Positions 10,201 through 18,471 of a DNA stretch of 49,565 nucleotides are shown piece by piece; within the stretch, counting starts at the first letter, position 1, and every line of letters begins with the position of its first letter. Position numbers and translations under genes: made by a program. Below the pieces are notes generated by a model. That model did no database searches, was not told the origin of the DNA, and saw only the letters and a program-made list of their open reading frames with translations. Source of the stretch: Gemmatimonadales bacterium (GTDB lineage: Bacteria; Gemmatimonadota; Gemmatimonadetes; Gemmatimonadales; GWC2-71-9); assembly GCA_036259315.1 (NCBI GenBank), contig DATABZ010000336.1:1-49565 (forward strand). Direction: 5' to 3'.

Positions 10201-10537
10201 CGTTCTGCTCGGTGCGCGGCTGAAAGCCGATCATCGTGGCCGTCACCCGGTAGGGCCCACCGACCCTCATGTTGAGCAGGCTGTACGCGCCGCCGGTCCG
10301 GGCCGAGGTGCGGTATTGCGTGCCGCTGGGCACGTGTACCGCCACGATCTGCGCGTCCTCCAGCGGAGTGCCGTCGTCGCCCGTGACGAACCCGTTGATC
10401 GCCGATGTGGTGACGCCCTGCGCGTCTGCAGACGCCGGGACGAGCGCCCAGAGTGCCAGGAGCGTCAGCAGGGAAGCGACGGCTCGCAGGTATCGGTGCG
10501 TGGGGAAGGACGAAGAGGACGAACGCTGCAGTGGCAT
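7235..10537 (-). CDS. TonB-dependent receptor with N-terminal carboxypeptidase-regulatory-like domain (Oar-like)
   Basis: Start at MPLQRSS (ATG 10537, GGAG RBS). Signal peptide ...ASADAQG, then a CarboxypepD_reg-like fold (INGFVTGDDGTPLEDAQIVAVHVPSG...YRVTATMIGFQP). About 1100 aa of plug and barrel-like sequence ends ...AQLGLRYFFE. Confidence 0.85.
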   Translation of the reverse strand: MPLQRSSSSSFPTHRYLRAVASLLTLLALWALVPASADAQGVTTSAINGFVTGDDGTPLEDAQIVAVHVPSGTQYRTSARTGGAYSLLNMRVGGPYRVTATMIGFQPRTEQNVELRLGQTLRLDLALSAQAVELEEIAVTAERDEVLDAGRTGAATYITPEQVEVLPSVKRSTRDLIRLDPRNDGNFSFAGRNWLYNNVSLDGSYFNNPFGLDDPAPGGQTNAEPVPYDAVEQVQVSLAPFDVREGGFTGANINTVTKSGTNTLRGSLYTFGRNEALLGNTVSGQDVVADPDLSFIQSGFSLSGPLVRDKLFFFVNAELERTDDPGTNFAASRGSSGFGFSRVEASVMDAIRQRMIDAYGYDPGPYEGYVNETDNNKVLAKLDWNINPSNNLSLRYNFLDAKRDLPPHPFVLSFANTGRGPNESSLPFRNAGYAINNDLHSFALELNSRGSAFANRFFASYNRFRDFRQPFSEPFPTIEIGEGGVTYTTLGHEPFSIHNILDQDVFQLTNNFTLFQGRHSLTFGANFEAFSFFNAFNLFRNGVFFLPASLPVGSTFGSLEEFFTATDPANPNQKDFRAMIGTGPFKGENIDVGQVGVYAQDELLASERLNLTFGVRVDFPLYFTDPVDNPFSRSLTALDENREPETVDQSELPGAQALFSPRVGFNWNVSGDRRTQLRGGTGIFTGRVPFVWVGNVVSNPGANPNLFPTGPVRPTKDDATLAQSFDLNAMVSDFKWPQTWITDVAVDQQLGRGFLGTLEVIYGNDINNVIVRNADLVAPVRTLPDGRPYYGGVGANELNPDGGAGIYVLDNTSEGHNLNVTAQLRKSFEFGLSAVLGYSFTEAKNNLKSTEIASVLWQSQPVQGDPNNPELSYSEFGQRHRIVGGATYVKSWSENLRTSIGLFLEVAEGNRFAGAGGNRYSFIYSGDVNGDGTGGNDLIYIPRDQSEITLADCPAGCGANVTAQQQWEALDAFIEQDDYLRSHRGEIAERHGAVNPWYSNVDLRILQDFAFGGVTRHNFQLSLDVLNVGNLISSDWGVRKVASAAATSPLRLATDENGVPQFDANGAPVLQFTGPAETFIDDPSVFSRWRAQLGLRYFFE

Positions 10538-10928
10538 ACCCGTGTCTCCGGTGGAGCGGGAGGCCCCGTGATGGATCGCGGAGGACCTGACGTGTTCGGG
10601 GCGGGAATGGTTCGAGTTTGGGGGATAGCATACCGCGCGCGGAACCGCTCGGCAAGCTGCCGAATCTGAAGCGCTTTCGGCCGCGAGGCCGGGGGTAGAA
10701 CTGCTCGAAGCTCTTGGTCCGTCAGGCGCTGGCTCGAGGTGGACCCGGTGGAACATCCCGGGCGTGCTCTCCGTAGCGTCTCAATAGCCGAGCGCGACAG
10801 ACGCGCCCACCAGCTAGCCAGCGATCGATGTCGTACCCGAGCGACCTTCTCTGCAGGAGTGCCGCGGGAGCTCGGCGGCACGGGGCCGCCTGGGCACACC
10901 CCTTGCCGACTCAGGGGTCGAGCCCTAC

Positions 10929-10951
10929 TATACCTAAGTCACTCAGGTATA
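10929..10951. promoter_or_regulatory. AT-rich 23-bp near-perfect palindrome, candidate PadR operator/promoter element
   Basis: TATACCTAAGT-C-ACTCAGGTATA has one mismatch between 11-nt arms. It lies about 53 bp upstream of the padR start and is the most AT-rich spot in a GC-rich intergenic region. Confidence 0.35.
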
Positions 10952-11003
10952 CGAGTCGGAAGCCCTGCACCGGACCAGTCCCAGCGCCCTCGAGGAATCG
11001 CCC

Positions 11004-11336
11004 GTGGCCGGCAGCGATCTCTACATCGGCACCCTCGACGTTCTCATCCTGAAAGCGCTGAGTTGGGGCCCCATGCACGGCTATGCGATCGGCCGCTGGA
11101 TCCGCCAGACCACCGACGACGCGCTGACGGTGCAGGAGGGCGCGCTCTATCCCGCCCTTCACCGGCTCCAGCGTCGCGGTTGGCTGGAGGAGGAGTGGGG
11201 CGTGACCGACACCGGACGGGACGCCAAGTACTACCGCATGACGCCCGCCGGCCGGCGCCATCTGCGCGCCGAGGTCGAGCGCTGGCGGACGTATGCCCGC
11301 GCGGTGAGCGCGGCCCTCGAGGCCGCCCGGGCCTGA
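11004..11336 (+). CDS. PadR family transcriptional regulator
   Basis: 110 aa; LDVLILKALSWGPMHGYAIGRWIRQ...EGALYPALHRLQRRGWLEEEWG...KYYRMTPAGR is the classic PadR winged-helix signature. Confidence 0.9.
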   Translation: MAGSDLYIGTLDVLILKALSWGPMHGYAIGRWIRQTTDDALTVQEGALYPALHRLQRRGWLEEEWGVTDTGRDAKYYRMTPAGRRHLRAEVERWRTYARAVSAALEAARA

Positions 11337-11340
11337 ATCC

Positions 11341-14001
11341 GTGCGGCGTCGCTTCCGCCTGCCCGGCCGATCCAGCGACATCGCCCGCGACGTCGAGCGC
11401 GAGCTGCGCTTCCACCTGGACATGCGCACCGAGGAGCTGATCGAGCGCGGAATGCGGCCCGAGGCCGCTCGCCTGGAGGCGCTCCGGGCCTTCGGCGACG
11501 TCGGCGCCATCGAAGGCGAGTGCCGCACCATCACCGCCCGGGCTGCGCGGGAGCGCGCCAGGAGAGCCACCATGAACGGACTGCTGCACGACCTCCGCTT
11601 CGCGCTCCGCTCGCTCCGGAAGAGTCCCGGATTCACCCTCGCCGCCGTCCTCACGCTCGCGCTGGGCATCGGCGCCAACACCGCGGTCTTCAGCATGATT
11701 CGCGGCGTGCTGCTGCGCCCCCTGCCGTACGAGAACGGCGAGCGCCTGGTGTACCTGCGGCAGCCGGCGCCGCTGGCCGGCGTCCAGAACGCGCAGTTCT
11801 CGGTGCCGGAGCTCGTCGACTACCGGCAGCGGAGCCGGACCCTCGCCTCGATCGTGGAGTACCACTCGATGCCGTTCATCCTGCTCGGCCGGGGCGAGCC
11901 GCGCCGGGTGCAGACCGGAGTGGTCTCCGCCAACTATTTCGACGTTCTGGGTGTGCGGCCGCTGCTCGGTCGCGTCTTCCGCGCGGGCGAGGACCAGCCA
12001 GGCGCCGAGCCGGTCCTGGTGCTGAGCCATGCCTTCTGGCAGAATCGGCTGGGTGGCGATCCGGGCATCGTCGGCCGGACCTTCGAGATGAACGACCGGA
12101 TCCATACCGTCGTCGGGGTGCTTCCGCCGGTGCCCCAGTATCCGGCGGAGAACGACGTCTACATGCCCGCCTCGTCCTGTCCCTTCCGCTCGTCACCGTT
12201 CATGCTCACCACCCGCACCGCGCGGCCGCTGCACCTGTTCGGGCGGCTTGCTCCCGCCACACCACTGGCGGGGGCCCGCGCGGAGCTGGAGGGCATCGCG
12301 GCCGTGGTCCGGTCGGAGCATCCGGGGGCCTACCCCGCGGGGCAGGGGTTCTCCATCTCGGTCGCTTCCCTGCACGAGGAGCTTACCAGAGGCGCTCGTC
12401 CCACGCTGCTGCTGCTCATCGGCACCACCGGGTTCGTCCTGCTGATCGCCTGCGCCAACATCGCCAACCTCACACTGGCGCGGCTCACTCGCCGCTCGCG
12501 CGAGATGGCGCTCCGGTCGGCACTGGGCGCGGATCGTGCCCGGCTCTTTCGCCAGATGCTGGTGGAGGGCGGCTTGCTGGCGCTTGCGGGCGGCGTGCTC
12601 GGCCTTGCGCTGGCTGCGGGAACCATGCGGCTCCTGACCGGCTTCGCCGCTCGCTTCACCGTCCGTGCGGGCGAGATCGCCCTCGATGCGCAGGTGTTGG
12701 CGTTCACGCTGGCTGTCTGCGTGCTCACCGGCCTCGCCTTCGCGATTCTGCCCGCGCTTCCGTCGCGGACCAACCTGGTCGCCGCCCTGAAGGAAGGCGG
12801 AGCCGCCGTGAGCGGCGGCGGGTCTCACCGCATCCGGGCCGCGCTCGTCGTGGCCCAGGTCGCGGTGTCCATGGTGCTTCTGGTGGGCGCCGGGCTGTTG
12901 CTGCGGAGCCTCCTCGCGCTCCAGGCGCTGAACCCCGGCTTCGACACGGAGCGCGTGCTGACCATGACCCTCGATCTCGATTGGTCCCGCTACACTACCG
13001 ATGACCTCGTGCGAGGCTTCCACGATCGCCTCCATGCCAGGCTCGCCGCCCAAGCCGGCGTCGTCGCCACCGCATCGTCGCTGACATTCCCCCTCGACGG
13101 TCATCGCCGGATCAATGTCAACTTCCTCGTCGAGGGGCAGCCGCCCACGGACGATGGTGCCCAGCCCCTCGGTGACCTGCGCAGTGCCTCGCCCGACTAT
13201 TTCCACACCCTCGGCATTCCGCTGGTGACGGGGCGCCTGTTCACGCCGTCCGACGGCCCGGACGCCCCGAGCGTCGCGATCGTGAACCAGACGCTGGCCA
13301 GACGACACTGGGGGACCGAGAGCCCCGTCGGCCGGCGCATCTCCGCGGACACCGGGAAGACCTGGATCACGATCGTGGGGGTAGTCGGCGACGTGCGCCA
13401 CTACGACCTGGAGAGCGAGCCGTCGGACGAGGTCTATCTGCCGTTTGCCCAGCTTCCGTTCCGGGAAAGCACGTTCCTGGTGCGCACGACCGCGGACCCC
13501 GGCGCGATGGCCCGCCGCATCGCCGCCGAGGTGCTGGCGATCGACGCCGGGCAGCCGGTCGCCAATGTGCGCACGCTCGAGGAGCTGCGGGGCGAGGCCC
13601 TCGCCTCGCCGCGGCTCACCACGACGCTCCTTCTGCTGTTCGCGCTCCTCGCGCTCTGCATCACCGCCGCCGGGCTGGGCGGCGTGGTCGCGTTCTCGGT
13701 CAGCCAGCGGACCCAGGAAATCGGGGTCCGCATGGCGCTCGGTGCCAGCCGCTCAGAGGTGCTCGGCATGGTGCTGCGGGAGGGGCTGCGGCTCGTCGGA
13801 GTGGGCCTGCTCGTCGGGATCGCTGCGGCCATCCTGCTCACCCGCCTCATGGCCGAGCTGCTGTTCCACGTCGACGCGACCGACCCCTTCACCTTCGCCG
13901 TCATGGGCATTCTCCTCCTCCTGATCGCCGCCGCGGCCTGCCTGGTGCCCGCCCGCCGGGCCAGCAGCGTGGATCCGCTGGTGGCCCTCCGCGCCGGCTG
14001 A
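11341..14001 (+). CDS. ADOP-family duplicated ABC-type permease (MacB/FtsX-like, with permease-prefix domain)
   Basis: 886 aa, GTG start 4 nt after the padR stop. N-terminal prefix RELRFHLDMRTEELIERGMRPEAARLEALRAFG, then LRSLRKSPGFTLAAVLTLALGIGANTAVFS and two FtsX-like 4-TM blocks. PadR + ADOP pairing is well known. Confidence 0.85.
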   Translation: MRRRFRLPGRSSDIARDVERELRFHLDMRTEELIERGMRPEAARLEALRAFGDVGAIEGECRTITARAARERARRATMNGLLHDLRFALRSLRKSPGFTLAAVLTLALGIGANTAVFSMIRGVLLRPLPYENGERLVYLRQPAPLAGVQNAQFSVPELVDYRQRSRTLASIVEYHSMPFILLGRGEPRRVQTGVVSANYFDVLGVRPLLGRVFRAGEDQPGAEPVLVLSHAFWQNRLGGDPGIVGRTFEMNDRIHTVVGVLPPVPQYPAENDVYMPASSCPFRSSPFMLTTRTARPLHLFGRLAPATPLAGARAELEGIAAVVRSEHPGAYPAGQGFSISVASLHEELTRGARPTLLLLIGTTGFVLLIACANIANLTLARLTRRSREMALRSALGADRARLFRQMLVEGGLLALAGGVLGLALAAGTMRLLTGFAARFTVRAGEIALDAQVLAFTLAVCVLTGLAFAILPALPSRTNLVAALKEGGAAVSGGGSHRIRAALVVAQVAVSMVLLVGAGLLLRSLLALQALNPGFDTERVLTMTLDLDWSRYTTDDLVRGFHDRLHARLAAQAGVVATASSLTFPLDGHRRINVNFLVEGQPPTDDGAQPLGDLRSASPDYFHTLGIPLVTGRLFTPSDGPDAPSVAIVNQTLARRHWGTESPVGRRISADTGKTWITIVGVVGDVRHYDLESEPSDEVYLPFAQLPFRESTFLVRTTADPGAMARRIAAEVLAIDAGQPVANVRTLEELRGEALASPRLTTTLLLLFALLALCITAAGLGGVVAFSVSQRTQEIGVRMALGASRSEVLGMVLREGLRLVGVGLLVGIAAAILLTRLMAELLFHVDATDPFTFAVMGILLLLIAAAACLVPARRASSVDPLVALRAG

Positions 14002-14086
14002 CCCCGTGCCCCAGGGGCTGTAAGAAGGCTCACAGACGCTCCACTCCACGTGGGACATCTTCGTCGCGTCACCCCCTCCGAGACCC

Positions 14087-16621
14087 GTGCCACTCGAGGC
14101 GGGGCGATCCTCATTCACGCGGGCGCTCGTGCCCGGGATCGGACCGACGATGACGCAGAGCGGGGTCACCCAGACGGTCGAGGCGGCCCGGGCCCGGTTC
14201 CGGGAGGGGATCATCCGGCCCGGCTGGAGGCGCGCCGCGGAGACCGTGTGGGGGCCGCTGCTGACGCTCGCGACTCTCATTCTGCTCGACCTCCTCACGC
14301 GCGCCGGGATGCCGGTCCTGTACCCCTTCCCGGTGCTGCTCCTCACGGTGGCGATCTCCGCCTTTCTCGGGGGGCTGCGGACCGCGCTCGTCAGCGCGGT
14401 GCTCACCGTGCTCTACGGAGTCCACTTCTTCTCCGAGCCAGGCCTGCCGCTCCGCTACCGGCCAAGCGGCGCGTACAGTCTGCTCGTCATCGGCCTCGCC
14501 GCTCCAGCGCTCGCGGTCCTGGTTTCCCGGCTCCATGGGCTGGCGGAGCGGGGCCGCGCGGCCGAGCTCTCCCGGGCCGAGGCCGAGGCGCTGGACCGGC
14601 GCGTGTCGCTGATGTCGCAGGCAAGCGCCACGCTGGCTTCCTCGCTGGACTACGAGGTGACGCTGCGCGAGCTGGCGCGGCTGCTGGTGCCCGCGCTGGG
14701 CGACTGGTGTGCCATCCACGCGATCGGCGAGGGCGGTGTGCCCCGCTTCCTCGCGGGCGCCCACCGCGACCCGGCGCGAGACCTCCTGGTGCGCGCCCTC
14801 TGCGAGTACGGGGATCGGCGCATCCCCTTCGGCCTGCCCGCACGGAGCGAGCCGGTGGAGGTCACCGACCGGCTGATCCACTCCCTGGCCCAGGATGACG
14901 AGCACAGGAAGCTCTATCGCGCGCTCAGGCCCAGCTGGGTCCTGGGCATCCCGCTCCGGGCCCAGGGCCGCATTGCCGGCGTGATCACGCTGGGGATGAG
15001 CCGGGAGTACGCGCGCCGCTTCGAGGAGCAGGACATCCACCACGCCCGCGAGTTGGGGGACCGGGTAGCGCTGGCGGTCGGGGCGGGCCACGTCTTCCAT
15101 GCTGCGCGCGATGCCGACCGCCGCTACCGCATGCTGTTCGACGCCAACCCGCAGCCGATGTGGATCTTCGACGTGGAGACGCTGGAGTTCCTCGCGGTGA
15201 ACGATGCGGCCGTGCGGCACTACGGCTACACCCGCGAGGAGTTCCTCGGCATGAGCATCATGGATATCAAGCCGGCCGAGGAGCCGCCGGGTCCACCGGT
15301 CGCCGGCCAGGCCCGACGCCCCGAGGCCGCGTTCACCCGGCATCAGCGGAAGGACGGCACCGTCATGGACGTGGAGCTCGTGTCGCACGAGCTCGAGATG
15401 GACGGCCGGCGCGCACGGCTGGTGCTCGCCACCGACATCAGCGATCGCACCAGGATCCGCGCGGCCCTGCACCACAGCCAGGAGCAGCTCCGCCAGGCCC
15501 AGCGGCTCGACGCCGTGGGTCGCCTCGCGGCGGGGATCGCGCACGACTTCAACAACATCCTGACCACCATCCGCGGCTTCGGCGACATCCTGTACCGCGA
15601 CCTGGCGGAGGACGATCCCCGGCGCGCCGATGCCGATCAAATCCGCAAGGCGGCGGACCGGGGCGTGGTGCTCACCGGCCAGCTGCTCGCCTTCGGCCAG
15701 CGGCAGGTACCCAACCCGCAGCTGCTCGATCTCAACGATGTGATCCGCTCCATGGAGGGGCTGATCCGCCAGCTCCTCGGCGCGGACATCCGGGTGGAAC
15801 TGCGGCTGTTGCAGGGGCCCGCGACGCTCCTCATGGACCCCGGGCACCTCGACCAGCTGCTGGTGAACATCATCCTGAACGCCAGGGATGCGATGCCGCA
15901 GGGTGGCACCCTCACGATCGAGACCGGCGAGCGGCAGATCGCCGAAGGCTCCCGGTCCCGCCGAGTGCGGCCCGGCACGTACGTACTGCTGGCCATTCAC
16001 GACACCGGCACCGGCATGGACCCCGAAGCGGCCTCTCATCTCTTCGAGCCCTTCCAGGGCGACGATCCTCGGACGCATCGCGCGGGCCTGGGCCTGTCGA
16101 TCGTCTATGGCATCGTCCGCCAGACCGGGGGCGTGGTGCGCGTCTCCAGCGAGCCCGGCGAGGGCACCACCATCAAGGTCTACCTCCCCAAGGCCGAGCT
16201 GGACGAACCGGAGATCGAGCAGCCGGCGGAGCTCCGCGGGCGCGAGACGGTCCTCGTGGTCGAGGACGAGGAGGGCGTACGCGAGCTGGTGCGGCAGATC
16301 CTGGTGGAGCATGGGCACGCCGTGTTGACGGCCCGGCACGGACGCGACGCGCTCCTCATCGCGGAGCGCTACGAGCGGCCGATCGACCTGCTGGTGACCG
16401 ACGTGGTGATGCCGGAGATGGGCGGGGGAGAGCTGGTGGAGCGGTTGACGGCGCTGCGGCCCGATCTCAAGGTCCTCTACATCTCGGGCTACACCAACGA
16501 CGAGGTGGTGCGCCGGGGCATCCCCGGCGTCACCACCGGTTTCCTTCACAAGCCGTTCACGGCCGACGCCCTGATGCGCCGGGTCCGCGAGGTGCTGGAA
16601 GGCGCTCCCTCGGCTACCTGA
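14087..16621 (+). CDS. hybrid sensor histidine kinase/response regulator (membrane N-term, GAF-like, PAS, HisKA, HATPase_c, REC)
   Basis: N-terminal TM helices; PAS (MWIFDVETLEFLAVNDAAVRHYGYTREEF); H-box GIAHDFNNILTTI; G-boxes HDTGTGMD and GLGLSIVYG; REC domain VLVVEDEEGVRE...DLLVTDVVMPEMGG...KP. Start codon uncertain (alternative M at residue 22). Confidence 0.85.
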   Translation: MPLEAGRSSFTRALVPGIGPTMTQSGVTQTVEAARARFREGIIRPGWRRAAETVWGPLLTLATLILLDLLTRAGMPVLYPFPVLLLTVAISAFLGGLRTALVSAVLTVLYGVHFFSEPGLPLRYRPSGAYSLLVIGLAAPALAVLVSRLHGLAERGRAAELSRAEAEALDRRVSLMSQASATLASSLDYEVTLRELARLLVPALGDWCAIHAIGEGGVPRFLAGAHRDPARDLLVRALCEYGDRRIPFGLPARSEPVEVTDRLIHSLAQDDEHRKLYRALRPSWVLGIPLRAQGRIAGVITLGMSREYARRFEEQDIHHARELGDRVALAVGAGHVFHAARDADRRYRMLFDANPQPMWIFDVETLEFLAVNDAAVRHYGYTREEFLGMSIMDIKPAEEPPGPPVAGQARRPEAAFTRHQRKDGTVMDVELVSHELEMDGRRARLVLATDISDRTRIRAALHHSQEQLRQAQRLDAVGRLAAGIAHDFNNILTTIRGFGDILYRDLAEDDPRRADADQIRKAADRGVVLTGQLLAFGQRQVPNPQLLDLNDVIRSMEGLIRQLLGADIRVELRLLQGPATLLMDPGHLDQLLVNIILNARDAMPQGGTLTIETGERQIAEGSRSRRVRPGTYVLLAIHDTGTGMDPEAASHLFEPFQGDDPRTHRAGLGLSIVYGIVRQTGGVVRVSSEPGEGTTIKVYLPKAELDEPEIEQPAELRGRETVLVVEDEEGVRELVRQILVEHGHAVLTARHGRDALLIAERYERPIDLLVTDVVMPEMGGGELVERLTALRPDLKVLYISGYTNDEVVRRGIPGVTTGFLHKPFTADALMRRVREVLEGAPSAT

Positions 16622-17984
16622 CCCGCGCGCGGTAGTTGCGGAGGATGTCGGAGCCGACTTCTCCGCTCAGGTGCAGCGCGATCTCGCCGGTGACCCAGTG
16701 CGGGTCGGCCCCCGGCTGCGCGGTGGACTGCCCCGGGCGCAGCCGCTGCTGATCGAGGAAGATCAACCTTCCCCGCGAGTCCTGATACACCACCCGCACG
16801 ACCGGCCGCGTAGCATCCGCCCCGGGAGAGTTGCGGCCGAGCACGAGTCCCATGAAGAGCGGGCTCATTCCCTCGATCACGTGCACCGGTCGGCCCAGCT
16901 GCTTGGCGGCCTCGTCCAGTCCGATACGGAGATAGATCTGCGCCCGCTGCTCGGGGGTGCGCGGCGCGGGGGGCTGGGTGGTCGAGGCCTGTCGCGTGAC
17001 TGCCTCCCGGCGCCGCGCGCTGTCCAGTGCCGCCGTGGCAGCATCCGCTCGTTCCACCTGGCGCTCACGGTCGAGCTGAGCCAGTGCCACCGCCGCCTCG
17101 GCCCGGACGTCGCGCTCTCGCGCGGTGGGCGGAGCCTCGCCGGCAGGCTGGTCGTCCGCACTCTCATCGTCCGCACCCGCGCTCTCCGCACGCTCGTCCG
17201 CCGTGTCGGCGGCGCGGCCGCCGGCGATATCCCGGCTCTCGGAGCCCGCGTCGGCCAGCTCCCGGTCTTGGGCTCCCGTCCCGGTTCGCTCCCCGTCGTC
17301 GTCATCGGCCGCTGCCTGCTCCCGGGCCTCGGCGGCGCGCGCGGGCTGCGTCGCAGGTGGCGTGGCCCGCTGGGCCGTGCGCTGCGGCGCCGGGGCCGCA
17401 GACTTCGCCGCGGAGGGGGTCGCGGGCTCGTTCGTGACCCCGGGGGTATCCGTCGGGACAGCCGGCGTCCTCCCCGAGGCGTCCTCCTCGCTGCTGAGCA
17501 CCGCGGTCGGCGTCGAGTCCCCGATCCTGACCGGGACGAGCTCGCCTTCGAAAGCGAAGTTCGACGGTCGCCGCATGGCCATGTACCCTGCGCCCACGGT
17601 AACCAGGATCAGCGCGGCCCAGCGCATCCGCCGCATGAGCCCACCGCGCTGGTACCCGGGATTCTCCGGCAGGAGCAGTGGCGGTGGCTCGTTCAGCGGT
17701 CCGGAGACGCGGGGCAGGTCGCGCCCTTGACGTCGCCGCTCGCCTCTGTCGTCGGCATAGGCTGCAGGCTCCGGATCGGCCGGTGCGGTGCGTCGGGATG
17801 GGGTGCTGGGCAGCTCGAGGATTCCCACCAGCCGGTCGGACTCTCCGTGGAACTCCTTCACCTCGCGCAAACGGGTGCCGCAGGCCGCGCAGCTGCCGAT
17901 ATGGGCCTGGATCTCCTTGACTTCGTGGAGATCCAGTTCCCCATCGAGCAGGGCGTGCAACGTGCCTTCGTCAAGATGCGACAT
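16614..17984 (-). CDS. anti-sigma factor (zf-HC2 type) with long low-complexity linker
   Basis: N-terminus MSHLDEGTLHALLDGELDLHEVKEIQAHIGSCAACGTRLRE is the putative-zinc-finger anti-sigma motif (H-x3-C-x2-C). One TM helix (WAALILVTVGAGYMAM). 14-bp overlap with the upstream ECF sigma gene. Confidence 0.7.
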   Translation of the reverse strand: MSHLDEGTLHALLDGELDLHEVKEIQAHIGSCAACGTRLREVKEFHGESDRLVGILELPSTPSRRTAPADPEPAAYADDRGERRRQGRDLPRVSGPLNEPPPLLLPENPGYQRGGLMRRMRWAALILVTVGAGYMAMRRPSNFAFEGELVPVRIGDSTPTAVLSSEEDASGRTPAVPTDTPGVTNEPATPSAAKSAAPAPQRTAQRATPPATQPARAAEAREQAAADDDDGERTGTGAQDRELADAGSESRDIAGGRAADTADERAESAGADDESADDQPAGEAPPTARERDVRAEAAVALAQLDRERQVERADAATAALDSARRREAVTRQASTTQPPAPRTPEQRAQIYLRIGLDEAAKQLGRPVHVIEGMSPLFMGLVLGRNSPGADATRPVVRVVYQDSRGRLIFLDQQRLRPGQSTAQPGADPHWVTGEIALHLSGEVGSDILRNYRARVR

Positions 17985-18471
17985 GGTTCCCTCGATCCTG
18001 CGCGCGATACGCCTCGACCAGCCTGCGCCGGGCTCGGGCGAGCGTCGTGCCCACCGCGCCCCTGGCCAGACCCAGGGTGGAAGCGATCTCGTCGTAGCCG
18101 AACCCTTCCGCCTTGAGCAGGAGCGCTTCGCGGTCCCGCTCGTTCAGACGGTTGAGCGCGGCGCGTACCCGGCCGACCTCCTCACTCCGCTCCAGGTCGG
18201 CGTCCGGGCCGGCCGGCGGCCGGTCCTGCTCGTTGCGCAGCAACTCCAGTCTGCGACCCCGCGTCACGCTCCTTCGGCCGTCCTCTCGCACCAGGTTCAA
18301 TGCCACCGCGAACAACCAGGGCCGCGGGTTCGTCGGCGGCGCCGAAACGGCCCGGGCGAACGTCTCCTGCGCCAGGTCCTCCGCCCGATCCCGATCGCCC
18401 GTCCGGCGGTAGAGCATCCGGACGAGCGATGGATAATACTCCTCGAACAGGCGGGCGAGGTCGGCCGTCAT
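17971..18471 (-). CDS. ECF-type RNA polymerase sigma factor (sigma-70 family)
   Basis: 166 aa; region 2 (DRAEDLAQETFARA...PRPWLFAVALNLVRE) and region 4 (LNERDREALLLKAEGFGYDEIASTLGLARGAVGTTLARARRRL). Confidence 0.9.
   Translation of the reverse strand: MTADLARLFEEYYPSLVRMLYRRTGDRDRAEDLAQETFARAVSAPPTNPRPWLFAVALNLVREDGRRSVTRGRRLELLRNEQDRPPAGPDADLERSEEVGRVRAALNRLNERDREALLLKAEGFGYDEIASTLGLARGAVGTTLARARRRLVEAYRAQDRGNHVAS

Noticed and set aside
10526-10532. CAGTGGC (reverse complement of the cobalamin-riboswitch B12 box GCCACTG) next to the TonB receptor start
   Set aside because: It lies inside the first codons of the receptor (ATG CCA CTG CAG), not in the leader. No other B12-riboswitch elements were recognisable upstream.
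7235-10537. Idea that the TonB-dependent receptor is a lanthanide (LutH-like) uptake receptor serving the XoxF enzymes
   Set aside because: It lies about 18 kb away on the opposite strand, separated by unrelated operons. It is of the Oar/CarboxypepD_reg type. Nothing in the sequence links it to lanthanide uptake.
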